Source: an uncultured Eggerthellaceae bacterium
GTDB lineage: Bacteria; Actinomycetota; Coriobacteriia; Coriobacteriales; Eggerthellaceae
Assembly: GCA_937902685.1 (NCBI GenBank)
Contig: CALELU010000100.1
Span: forward strand, 1,412 to 65,411
Reading direction: 5' to 3'
DNA length: 64,000 nt
Part shown: piece by piece, positions 28,987-38,142 of the stretch
Position numbering within the stretch: position 1 is the first letter of the stretch
Layout: the number at the start of each line of letters is the position of its first letter
Made by a program: the position numbers and the translations under genes
The notes under the pieces: generated by a model
Seen by the model: the letters and a program-made list of their open reading frames with translations, nothing else
Told to the model about the DNA's origin: nothing
Database searches by the model: none

Positions 28987-30318
28987 TTACGCAAGCATCG
29001 ACAAAGCCTGGTCGGCCGCCGCCTCGGCCTTGTCCAGGGTTTCGAACGTCAAATCGGGGTTGTGCGCACCCTCGCTGTTTTCAACCATCACGAAATCCCA
29101 GTAGAACTGCGCATTGCGCTGCAACTTCCACAAGGCGGCCAGGCCGTCGGAGGGATCTTGCTTGCCGCCGGAGTCCTTCGCGGCCTTAATAGCTGCAATC
29201 TCGTCTGCGTACTGCGCGGCAATCTTGTTCGTCAGGTTTTCAATCTTCTCGCTAATGGAAGTGACGCGCTGCTCTTCCTTGGCCTGCGTTGCCGCCACTT
29301 CGCTCTTCAAATCGGCGTGGCAGTTGTTGCAGTCGTTTGCCAGCATGTCCTCGTTTTCCAGCGGGCTAATCCAATTGTGCGATGTGTACGCCTCACCGTC
29401 TTCGGAAGTTTGCGTGCCCATATGGCAGTCGGCGCACGTGTAGCCAATGCGCGCCATGGTGGTTGACTCGCCGCCGTATATGGTTTCAAACTCGGGATGC
29501 TGCACTTTAATCATAGGCGCCATAGTGTCAGCGTGGTTCCAATCCGAAAATCCACGCTCGTCGTAGTAGGCCAAGATGGCATCCGGCGTCATCTGGTCCG
29601 TGCCCGTGTAGGGGTTCGTCGTGGCTTTCGTTTCGGGGTCGAAGTAGTACTCGTTGTGGCACTGGCCGCACGTTTGGCTTGCCAGCGGGGCCTTCTTCTC
29701 GTTGTTCACGTCGTCACCAAGCGCGCGCAGGAAGAACTTGTTGCCAACCACCAGCTGGGTGGGGTCGTTCTCGTGGCAGTTATAGCAGCTGATCGGTTCG
29801 TCAAACTGGTCGATCATGTCGTTGAACTTTGCCTGGTAAGCCGTGTCACCCTCGGCGTTGACCAGCGCGGTGTACTGCGGCGTTTTACACGAGATGCAGT
29901 TTGCCAGCTGCTCCTTTTTCTGCGTACGCGGTGTTTCCTTCACCGTTTCAAGCGCATGGGTGTGCCCGTGCGCCTCGTCGTAGCCCAGCGCAAACGCGTA
30001 GCCTTTGTACATGGTGTTGAGCGCCGGGTACAGCTCCAGATAGTTGTGCTTGCCCTCGGTGCCGTTGGCGTCGTTTTCCTTGTACGTGGCGTACTGGTTC
30101 GGATAGTCCTGCGCCCACTGGTCGGCATGCACCACGCCGTACTCGTCAGCCTCGGGCGTTTGCTCAACCTGCTGCGCTACCGGCTTGTCCGTCGCCTTTT
30201 GATCGGCGCGGCCAGCCTTGTCGGCGTTCGGCGCGCAGGCCGACAAACCAACTACCAGACCGAAAGCGCACAACGCAGCGGTCCAAACAATCGGTTTGTT
30301 CCCTTTCGCTTTCTTCAT
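28987..30318 (-). CDS. nrfA: Ammonia-forming cytochrome c552 nitrite reductase, lipoprotein
   Basis: CISCK plus four CxxCH motifs, KVQHPEFE and ENSEGAHN; lipobox LSAC. Confidence 0.93.
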   Translation of the reverse strand: MKKAKGNKPIVWTAALCAFGLVVGLSACAPNADKAGRADQKATDKPVAQQVEQTPEADEYGVVHADQWAQDYPNQYATYKENDANGTEGKHNYLELYPALNTMYKGYAFALGYDEAHGHTHALETVKETPRTQKKEQLANCISCKTPQYTALVNAEGDTAYQAKFNDMIDQFDEPISCYNCHENDPTQLVVGNKFFLRALGDDVNNEKKAPLASQTCGQCHNEYYFDPETKATTNPYTGTDQMTPDAILAYYDERGFSDWNHADTMAPMIKVQHPEFETIYGGESTTMARIGYTCADCHMGTQTSEDGEAYTSHNWISPLENEDMLANDCNNCHADLKSEVAATQAKEEQRVTSISEKIENLTNKIAAQYADEIAAIKAAKDSGGKQDPSDGLAALWKLQRNAQFYWDFVMVENSEGAHNPDLTFETLDKAEAAADQALSMLA

Positions 30319-30405
30319 TTCCGTTTTCCTCCCTTCTTGAGGGTCTCTCTCCGCCACGCACCTTACGCGCCCAAAGCGCGCAGGCGCGCGCAGAACGCCT
30401 CCTTA

Positions 30406-30484
30406 TGGGGAAAGCCCAGGCAAAACCGGCGGGGAAAACCCTACAATTTTGCCCAGAGCGCCCATTGGCCTGGGGTTTTGCCCC
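30406..30484. promoter_or_regulatory. Candidate response-regulator sites between nrfA and the kinase gene
   Basis: Three GGG-N4/5-CCC elements: TGGGGAAAGCCCAG, CGGGGAAAACCCTA and TGGGGTTTTGCCCC. Confidence 0.5.
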
Positions 30485-30546
30485 TTTTGCAAGCCCGGCA
30501 AACCGCGAAACGTCCTATAATGCGCGCTAAAGGGAAAGGGGCTAGC

Positions 30547-31797
30547 ATGGGGGCATCTAATTTCAGCCAGGAAACGCTTGCCGGCAAAAACGTCTTGTTC
30601 CAAAACGCCGTCGATAACCTGCGCGAGCGCTTTCATTTCGACTTCACGTCCATGGGCATCACGGCGTTTGTAGGGGCCCCATTGAAGTGGGTATACAGCG
30701 CCGGCGAAACCAGCAATCGACATCGGCGCATCGCGCTTGCACCCGGCCACGGCATCGGGGGCATCGTGTTGAAAGCGGGCAAGCCCATGCTGTTCACCGA
30801 CATTGATTCAGAAATGGACCCGCGCGAGTACTCGTCCTACCCCATCGTGTTCGCTGAAGACTTGCGCAGCTTTTGCGCCCTGCCGTTGAAACGAGGCAAC
30901 CACGTGGTGGCGGTGTTGTTGTGCGCGTTTCGCAACGTTGACCCCTCGCACGCAGAAACGTTCCGAACCCTTATAGCCGAAGAGCTGCGTGGAACGTTTT
31001 GCGGTCTTGACGTGGTGTCGGAGGGGTTCATGGGGCTAGGGGAAACCAGCAGCCAAGCCCAAGAGGCACCCATCGGCACGGCAGCCGACACCTCGTTTGC
31101 CGGCATGCGCGACACCGATGAAACGGGCGCACCAAAGCTTTTGCGCGGCGACCTTGCCCGCGCCATAGGCGCGCAGGAAGAGGAACGCCGCCGCATTTCG
31201 CGCGAGCTGCACGACGGCGTGGCACAAGAACTGCTTACCGTCACGTTCACGCTGCAGCGCCTTGCCGGCCACGTTGACGCCGAAGGCACAGCCATTTTGG
31301 AACAGGCGCACGGCGGCATCAACGGCGTGCTTGACGAGCTGCACAACATATCCGTGATGCTGCGCCCCAGCTCACTTGACCACTTAGGGTTCGTGCCCGC
31401 CCTGCGCAGCCAGGCCCTGCTGCTTGAGAAAACCTACGGCTCGGCCATCCGTTTCCAAGGCACGCTTACCCTGCCCCGCTTCGATCGCGCCTTGGAAACG
31501 CAGGCGTATCGCATCTGCCAAGAGGCCATGACGAACGCCTGCAAGTACTCCGGCTCCGATGTTGTGACGGTTAACGTGGAAGCAGCCGGCGACTGGCTGC
31601 ACATCAGCGTCACCGACGAGGGCTGCGGCTTTAACGTGGCCCACCCCACCATCAAAGGCAGCGGCTGCGGACTGCTCGGCATGCAAGAGCGCGCAAGCCA
31701 GGTAGGCGCTACGCTTTCCATTGAATCGGGGAATCACGGCACGTGCGTCACGCTGGTCACGCCCATGCATACGGCAACAGAAGGCGGTGCGCAATGA
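30547..31797 (+). CDS. Cytoplasmic sensor kinase: NreA-like GAF fused to HisKA_3/HATPase
   Basis: GAF motifs LKWVYSAG, GHGIGG and SYPIV; EEERRRISRELHDGVAQ, QEAMTNACKYS, DEGCGF and GCGLLGMQER; no TM. Confidence 0.88.
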   Translation: MGASNFSQETLAGKNVLFQNAVDNLRERFHFDFTSMGITAFVGAPLKWVYSAGETSNRHRRIALAPGHGIGGIVLKAGKPMLFTDIDSEMDPREYSSYPIVFAEDLRSFCALPLKRGNHVVAVLLCAFRNVDPSHAETFRTLIAEELRGTFCGLDVVSEGFMGLGETSSQAQEAPIGTAADTSFAGMRDTDETGAPKLLRGDLARAIGAQEEERRRISRELHDGVAQELLTVTFTLQRLAGHVDAEGTAILEQAHGGINGVLDELHNISVMLRPSSLDHLGFVPALRSQALLLEKTYGSAIRFQGTLTLPRFDRALETQAYRICQEAMTNACKYSGSDVVTVNVEAAGDWLHISVTDEGCGFNVAHPTIKGSGCGLLGMQERASQVGATLSIESGNHGTCVTLVTPMHTATEGGAQ

Positions 31798-32432
31798 TTC
31801 GCGTAGTGCTTGCCGACGATCACGAAGTGGTGCGAACCGGCATCAAGTTGTTGCTAGACGCCGACCCCGATATTGCCGTTGTGGCGGAAGCCGCTGAAGG
31901 GACAGAAGCATATTCCCTGGTGGCACGCGAAAAACCCGATGTGCTGCTGCTGGATATATCCATGCCGCCCGGGCAAAGCGGCCTTGTTGCCTGCGAAAAA
32001 GTGGCGAAAGACTTCCCGGATACCAAAGTGGTTATCCTCACCATGTTCGCCGAACCGGAATACCTGCTGTACACCCTGCGCGGCGGTGCGGCGGGCTACG
32101 TACTGAAGAATTCCACGCCCGAGCAGCTACGCCAAGCCGTGCACGACGTTGCCAACGGCGGCAGCTATATTCATCCCACCATGGCCACGCTTTTGGCAAA
32201 ACATGCCGCGGACGCTTCAAGCGACCCATCCATCCAACAGCTGTCCAGCCGCGAACTGGAAATCCTGCAGCTTATCGCCCGCGGACACACCAACAAGGAA
32301 ATCGGCGAAAAAATGTTCCTGTCCGTGAAAACCGTCGAAGCGCATCGCAGCAAGATATACAAGAAGCTGCGCCTGAAAACCCGCGCTGATGCCGTTGATT
32401 ATGCGTTGCGGCACAAGCTGCTCGAGCTATAA
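31794..32432 (+). CDS. NarL/NreC-family response regulator
   Basis: MIRVVLADDH, LLDISMPPGQSG and LuxR HTH LSVKTVEAHRSKI; ATGA overlap with the kinase. Confidence 0.9.
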   Translation: MIRVVLADDHEVVRTGIKLLLDADPDIAVVAEAAEGTEAYSLVAREKPDVLLLDISMPPGQSGLVACEKVAKDFPDTKVVILTMFAEPEYLLYTLRGGAAGYVLKNSTPEQLRQAVHDVANGGSYIHPTMATLLAKHAADASSDPSIQQLSSRELEILQLIARGHTNKEIGEKMFLSVKTVEAHRSKIYKKLRLKTRADAVDYALRHKLLEL

Positions 32433-32474
32433 GACGGCCGCAAGACAACCGCGTACCTGCTGCATTACATCACC

Positions 32475-32517
32475 AGCAAGGGGGGCGAAGCGCACAGAGC
32501 GTCTCGCTCCCTTTGCT
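32475..32517. terminator. Hairpin between the convergent regulator and napD
   Basis: AGCAAGGGGGGCGA...TCGCTCCCTTTGCT. Confidence 0.55.
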
Positions 32518-32530
32518 ACAAACCCCAACG

Positions 32531-32773
32531 TTATTGCAGCGTTGGATCGTCCTCGAAATTGCAGTACACCAAGTTCACGCCCAGCACACCCGGGATGGCC
32601 ACGAACGCGTTGGCGGTATCGCTTGAAGCGTCCACCGTTTCGGCCTCAATGGTAACCACCAGCTTATAGTCGTTGCGCTCGTGCACTTCAACGCCTGGGC
32701 GCTTTACCAGCGCAGCCGCCACCGCATCAACGGCGTCGCCAGCGCATTCCACCACCAAACTTGAGATAACCAC
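32531..32773 (-). CDS. napD: NapD chaperone
   Basis: ISSLVV, PGVEVH, KLVVTIEAE and IPGVLGVNLVY; GTG start. Confidence 0.88.
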   Translation of the reverse strand: MVISSLVVECAGDAVDAVAAALVKRPGVEVHERNDYKLVVTIEAETVDASSDTANAFVAIPGVLGVNLVYCNFEDDPTLQ

Positions 32774-32783
32774 GGCAGCCCCC

Positions 32784-33143
32784 TTAATCGTCGAACTCGC
32801 TGCCGTCGGCCACCACATGGCAGGTGTTGCACAGCAAGTGACGCCCTTCAATTGCGCGGCTATCGGCGCTGCCGCCTTCGTAGTGGTCATCGGGCAGCGC
32901 CACCGCACCGGTAAGCATGGGGTTGGCCTTGTCGCCCGCGCCATGGCAGCCATAGCAGCCTGCCGCGCCCATGTTGTCGAAACGCGCAGATGAGTGGCTT
33001 GCCGGCATCACCGGTGCCGCATCAGGCGACGCGCCTGCCTGCGTACTTTCGTCCACCTGGCCGCCCGCGCCCGCGCAGCCTGCAAGCACCATCGAAGCCA
33101 ATGCGCACGCAAGCGCCGCATGCACCAGAATCTTCCGTTTCAT
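32784..33143 (-). CDS. napB: NapB-like diheme cytochrome c lipoprotein
   Basis: Lipobox LAGC, PVMPASH, CYGCH, DDHY and CNTCH; lies between napA and napD. Confidence 0.8.
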   Translation of the reverse strand: MKRKILVHAALACALASMVLAGCAGAGGQVDESTQAGASPDAAPVMPASHSSARFDNMGAAGCYGCHGAGDKANPMLTGAVALPDDHYEGGSADSRAIEGRHLLCNTCHVVADGSEFDD

Positions 33144-33145
33144 GG

Positions 33146-35692
33146 CTATCCCTCCAGCTTCTCGATGCGCACGCACGTTTTCTTGAAATCGGGCTCTTTC
33201 GAAAGCGGGCAATACGTGTCCTGCACCGCCAAATTCACCAGCGTTTCCTCGGCGAAAAACGCCGCAAACACCGTGCCTGCAGGCGGCTTGGTGCGCCCGT
33301 GCGTGGACACGCGAATGTCCACCTGCCCAAACCGCGACTTCACGCGCACCTTGTCGCCGTGTTCGATGCCAAGCCGCTCGCAATCGGCGCGGTTCATGTC
33401 AAGCACCGCCTCGGGCAGGGCGTTGTGCAGCTGCGGCACGCGGCGCGTCATGGTGCCCGTATGCCAGTGCTCCAGCAAACGCCCCGTGCAAAACACGAAC
33501 GGATACTGCTCGTCGGGCACTTCCGCCGGCGGCTCCCACGGGCGGAACACCACCGAGGGTTTCATGTTCGCCGACTTGTAGAAGCTCACGCCACCGGCCA
33601 AATCGTGCGCGCCGAACTTTTCCACGCCCACTTCATCGAAGCCGTCTTCCTGATGCCCGTCGCAAAAACGCCACTTCGTCTCAAGCCACTGGCCGTTCAC
33701 TTCGCGAACAGGCCAGGTCAAGCCGTGACGCTCCAGATACACGTCGTAGGGAGCCAGCTGCTTGGCCTCCATCTTCAGCTTTGCGCCGAACTTCCCATCA
33801 GCATCGGTGTTGATGGCGTTGGCGCGGTCGTTAAGGCTGGGGTTACTGAACGTGCGGTACTCGCTGAACACCTCACGGCACACCTCGCGCTGCGAACCGC
33901 GGAAATCGGCCGCATCTTTGTCGTAAATAGCGCCGAACAGCGTGTCGAACGCGTCCGCCCCGCCAATCTGCTGCCCGTCAAGCACGCGGCGCGCAACTTC
34001 CATAAGCTGCCATAAATCCCACTTCGCCTCGCCCGGCGGGTCAACGGCCTTCTCGAACACCGCTGTGCGGCGCTCGCCGTTGCCGAACATGCCCTCGCGC
34101 TCCACCCACATGGCCGCAGGCAGCACCACGTCGGCATAACGACAGCTCATAGTGGGATACACCTCGGACACGCAGATAAACGCATCCATGATGCCGCGCT
34201 TTTCGCCTTGCCCTAAAAAGCGCGTAAGGTTGGGCATAGACGACGCCCAGTTGTTGTGCGCGCTCCACAAAAAGCCGATGTTGCCGTTGGAAAGCTCGCG
34301 GAACATTTTCACGGTGTGATACCCTGCCGTGGTCAGCGGCTCTAGGTAGCCTTCCGGCAAGTTCCAAACAGCTTCGGTGTAACGGCGATGCTGAGCGTTC
34401 GCCACCAGCAAATCGGCCGGCAAGCGATGGCTGAACGTGCCCACCTCGCGCGCAGTCCCGCACGCCGTAGGCTGACCCGTTAGGCTAAACGGCCCGTTAC
34501 CCGGCTGCGCAATCTTGCCCGTAAGCAAATGGATGTTGTACAGCAAGTGGTTCATCCACGTGCCGCGGTTGTGCTGGTTCACGCCCATCGTCCACAACGA
34601 CAGCACCTTCACGTTCGGGTCGGCGTACACGCGCGCTAGCTCCTCAATATCCGCCGCCGGTACGCCGGATATCTTCTCAGCGTACTCAAACGTATAGGTC
34701 TTCAAACGCTCGGCGTACTCTTCAAACGTGATGGGGCTGACCGCGTCAACCTTTTTGCCGATGTCGGACTTGTCGTAGCCGTCCTCGGTAGGGTTGCCGA
34801 TGTTTTCCGTGCCCTGCTTGAACTGCAAATGGTCGCGCACGAAATCGGCGTTGTACAGGCCGTTTTGCACCAGGTAGTTTGCGATGGCGTTTGCAATGGC
34901 CAAGTCCCCGTTGTTGTTGAATATCATCACCTTATCGGCCTGAGCCGAAGTGCGCGTGGTAAGCGTGGTCAGATCGTAAAAGCGCACGTTGGGGTCGGAC
35001 GCCTTGCGCGCTACCAAACGGCTGAACAGCATCGGATGCGCCTCGGCCATATTCGCGCCCCAGGTCACGAACACGTCGGCCTCGTCAAGATCGGTGTAAC
35101 ACCCCGCCGGCTCATCGGTTTGGAACACGTTCATGAACGCCACCACGGCGCTGGCCATGCACAAGCGCGCGTTGCACTCGATGTTGTTTGACAGCAAGCC
35201 CGCCTTCCAAAACTTCGACGTGCAGTAGCCCTCCACAATGGGCTGCTGACCACTGCCCCAAAACGCGATACGGCTTTTATCGGCAAGCCACTCCTTGCGC
35301 AGCTTAGCCGCCACCAGGTCAAGCGCCTCGTCCCACGACGCCTCGCGCAGGCCCTCCGTTGTGCCCTTCGTGGATTTGTCGTCGCGGATAAGCGGATGCG
35401 TTAAGCGATCGGGGCCGTACAGAATTTTCGCCAGGTAATAGCCCTTCACGCAGTTCAGGCCCTTGTTCGATCCGTTGTCCGGGTCGCCGGTAACGCTTAC
35501 GAGCTTGCCGTTTTTCACCTCGCAGATAACGCCGCAGCCGCAACCGCAAAAGCGGCACACGGCCTGCGTTTTCACACTTTCGCCCTCCGCCGCCTGCGCG
35601 CACCCGGCAAACGTTGAGAGCGTGCCCGCCGCCGCAGCCGACGCAAGCGCCACCGCCGTCGTCTTCACGAACGCACGTCTTGTGATGTCCAT
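33146..35692 (-). CDS. napA: Periplasmic-type nitrate reductase catalytic subunit
   Basis: TRRAFVK Tat motif, CRFCGCGC...CVKG, NARLCMASA, WTMGVNQH, GQPTACGTAREVG and SKEPDFKK. Confidence 0.95.
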   Translation of the reverse strand: MDITRRAFVKTTAVALASAAAAGTLSTFAGCAQAAEGESVKTQAVCRFCGCGCGVICEVKNGKLVSVTGDPDNGSNKGLNCVKGYYLAKILYGPDRLTHPLIRDDKSTKGTTEGLREASWDEALDLVAAKLRKEWLADKSRIAFWGSGQQPIVEGYCTSKFWKAGLLSNNIECNARLCMASAVVAFMNVFQTDEPAGCYTDLDEADVFVTWGANMAEAHPMLFSRLVARKASDPNVRFYDLTTLTTRTSAQADKVMIFNNNGDLAIANAIANYLVQNGLYNADFVRDHLQFKQGTENIGNPTEDGYDKSDIGKKVDAVSPITFEEYAERLKTYTFEYAEKISGVPAADIEELARVYADPNVKVLSLWTMGVNQHNRGTWMNHLLYNIHLLTGKIAQPGNGPFSLTGQPTACGTAREVGTFSHRLPADLLVANAQHRRYTEAVWNLPEGYLEPLTTAGYHTVKMFRELSNGNIGFLWSAHNNWASSMPNLTRFLGQGEKRGIMDAFICVSEVYPTMSCRYADVVLPAAMWVEREGMFGNGERRTAVFEKAVDPPGEAKWDLWQLMEVARRVLDGQQIGGADAFDTLFGAIYDKDAADFRGSQREVCREVFSEYRTFSNPSLNDRANAINTDADGKFGAKLKMEAKQLAPYDVYLERHGLTWPVREVNGQWLETKWRFCDGHQEDGFDEVGVEKFGAHDLAGGVSFYKSANMKPSVVFRPWEPPAEVPDEQYPFVFCTGRLLEHWHTGTMTRRVPQLHNALPEAVLDMNRADCERLGIEHGDKVRVKSRFGQVDIRVSTHGRTKPPAGTVFAAFFAEETLVNLAVQDTYCPLSKEPDFKKTCVRIEKLEG

Positions 35693-35789
35693 GAGTCCCC
35701 CGTTCACTGTTTCCCATGCAAGCGCTTCCTCATACGCTTTTAGGCGCATGGTAAAACGCGCGCAGAACCAACAGCCGCCATACGGCTTG

Positions 35790-35812
35790 CGCGTAGGGTT
35801 TTACCCTACGCG
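35790..35812. promoter_or_regulatory. Palindromic operator upstream of napA
   Basis: CGCGTAGGGT-TTT-ACCCTACGCG. Confidence 0.6.
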
Positions 35813-35914
35813 ATTCACGGGCAAAACGAACAGCGGGCGAACAAGAGGCTGCTCACGTGGGACCCCCTGTTCGCCCGCCGTTTGCACGACGTCCAAACCG
35901 TTGCACAACGCATG

Positions 35915-36811
35915 TTATCCCGCATTGCGCAAGCACTGACGCAGCAATGCGACTTCCGGCGTTTCGGCACTTTTACGCCACACGAAATAGCACGGCAGCG
36001 CAATGCGATCCTGCGGCACGAACGGAATCATGGTCGTACCGGAAAACACCCCAAGCAGGCGCTCGTCGTTGCTGACCAAAAGCGCCCCGCCTTGGTCCAG
36101 AAACGCCCGATGGCGCGCTTCGCTCATTTCAACCGCAACAAAACGCGGGCGAATCCCCTGCTCGGCCAGGCGTTTTTCCACCACGGCCTTACAACACCTG
36201 AAATCATGCGGCACTGCAAGCTTTCTGCCATGCAGGTCGGCAAATGTGGCGGCACTTTTGCCCGCCAGCTCATGGCGCGACGAAACCAGCAACTGCGGCG
36301 TAACCGTTCTTATTTTCACGCTGCGCAAGCCTTCATAATCGGGCTTTCCCGTAACCAAAGCCGCGGCAGCCATGCCCTCATGCAACGCCGCAAGACACCC
36401 GCTTCCCGCGAAAAACAGCACCTTCAACCTAACGCGCGGATACAACCGCCGAAACGCCGCAAAGTCCTCCTGGCGAAACATCCTTCCCCGAAACGGCGAA
36501 TTTGCCACCGCTACAGCAAGCGACCCGCACGGAATGTCCGCACGGGTCACCGTGTTCAATGCAACTTGTTTAATCCCGCTTTTCGCCTCAAGGGCATCCA
36601 CGGCATAGCGACACACTGCAGCGCCCGCCCACGTTGTTTGCAGACGCTTGCCCCGCGATTCGAACAGCTGAACGTTTAGCGTTTGCTCCAATTCATGAAC
36701 GGAACGCGAAACCGCCTGCGCTGAAATGCAAAGTTCGCTTGCAGCCGCGCTAAACGATCCGTACTGCGCCGTGGCAACAACGCGCTCCAGTTGCGTAAAC
36801 GTTGGATACAT
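35915..36811 (-). CDS. LysR family regulator
   Basis: GSFSAAASELCISAQAVSRSVHELEQTLNVQLF HTH; substrate-binding domain is divergent. Confidence 0.85.
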   Translation of the reverse strand: MYPTFTQLERVVATAQYGSFSAAASELCISAQAVSRSVHELEQTLNVQLFESRGKRLQTTWAGAAVCRYAVDALEAKSGIKQVALNTVTRADIPCGSLAVAVANSPFRGRMFRQEDFAAFRRLYPRVRLKVLFFAGSGCLAALHEGMAAAALVTGKPDYEGLRSVKIRTVTPQLLVSSRHELAGKSAATFADLHGRKLAVPHDFRCCKAVVEKRLAEQGIRPRFVAVEMSEARHRAFLDQGGALLVSNDERLLGVFSGTTMIPFVPQDRIALPCYFVWRKSAETPEVALLRQCLRNAG

Positions 36812-37036
36812 ACCAATCCCTTTGCTATGGGTTACCTGGTAAGACACGCAAATAAACGCAGGTCAAACGCGTGTTTACCCCATAACATAGCATAGGAATC
36901 ATACCGGCATTACGCATATATACGCATGAAGCATATACTTCGGCAAGCGAATTGTTGCAGCGCGTTGAACGTAACGCTGCCGTTACGTTTTCGTGCAGCG
37001 GGCGCGCCAATGCTGCGCGCTTCGCACACAAGCCCG

Positions 37037-37936
37037 CTAGCATTCCTTTGCAAAGAACGCCAACGCAATGGCTCCGGGCCCCACATGCGTGCCAATGGTG
37101 CCGCCCACAGAAGCGTAACCAACCTGTTCTACGTTATCTGTCCAAATGCAGCGGCTGTCTTCGATGTACTTTTTTATCAGCTCGTCGCCAAGACCCGTAT
37201 AGCCCAGGTAAAACGGCATGGCAAAATCAATGCCGCCCGCTTGTTGCACCTGTTGAATCAGCAGGTTATTGCCCCGCTTGCTGCCACGAGCCTTGCCCAG
37301 CATGGCCACAAGCCCATCTTGAATGGCAACAACCGGCTTAATGGACAGCATGCCGCCCGCAATGGCAACCGTCTTGGAAATGCGTCCGCCTTTTTGCAGA
37401 TACTCAAGCGTGTCTAGCAGCGCAACCAAGCGAATCCGCGACTTTTCCCCATCAAGCTTAGCGGCAACTTGAGCCGCGGAAAGCCCTTGCTCAACCAAGC
37501 GTGCGGCATAGGCAACCAGCGCTTTTTCTCCCACAGTCACGTTCGTGCTATCAACAACACGCACGCGCGCTCCCCAAGGCTGCGCTGCCGTAAGCGCACT
37601 TTCATAGGTGCCCGAAAGCTTTGCGGAAAGCGTGATAACAATTGCTTCGTCGGTGCCGCCGTCTTCCGGCTTTCCCAAACGCCGCTCGAAAACCTGTGCA
37701 AACGCAAACGGTGTTGCTTGGCTGGTGCGCGGAAGTTCGTCGGATTCCACCAGCTTCTCGTAAAACTGCTGGTGCGTAAGGTTCACGCCGTCTTCGAACA
37801 CGTCGCCGCCAAAGGAAATGGTCAGCGGAATAATCTCGTCAACGCCCGGGATTTCACCTTTACTCAGGTCAGATGCGGAATCGGTAATAATATGAACGCG
37901 ACGAGAGCCATCGCCTTGAGCTGCAACTTGCTGCAC
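37037..37936 (-). CDS. DegV family fatty-acid-binding protein
   Basis: IITDSASDL, PRTSQ, LSAKLSGTYESA, LEYLQKGGRI and GTHVGPGA. Confidence 0.92.
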   Translation of the reverse strand: MQQVAAQGDGSRRVHIITDSASDLSKGEIPGVDEIIPLTISFGGDVFEDGVNLTHQQFYEKLVESDELPRTSQATPFAFAQVFERRLGKPEDGGTDEAIVITLSAKLSGTYESALTAAQPWGARVRVVDSTNVTVGEKALVAYAARLVEQGLSAAQVAAKLDGEKSRIRLVALLDTLEYLQKGGRISKTVAIAGGMLSIKPVVAIQDGLVAMLGKARGSKRGNNLLIQQVQQAGGIDFAMPFYLGYTGLGDELIKKYIEDSRCIWTDNVEQVGYASVGGTIGTHVGPGAIALAFFAKEC

Positions 37937-38142
37937 AACACTCCAATCACAACAGGAATACCGTGCCGCCCTACCGCGCCATACAGCAAGACGGCAACAC
38001 CCCATATTGTAACAATGTGTCCAGAAACGCAACCATATCAGCTTCAATTCCATGCGAGAACACGAATTGCTACGCACGTGAAACTTAGCGAGGCGACCGC
38101 AACTCTGAAGCCCCTGCGCCCTGGCCACCACCGCAACGCACG

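Noticed and set aside
29497..30546. N-terminal 350 codons of the 766-aa plus-strand ORF
   Set aside because: This is the antisense shadow of nrfA. The real kinase starts at ATG 30547 (or 30520) after a purine-rich RBS.
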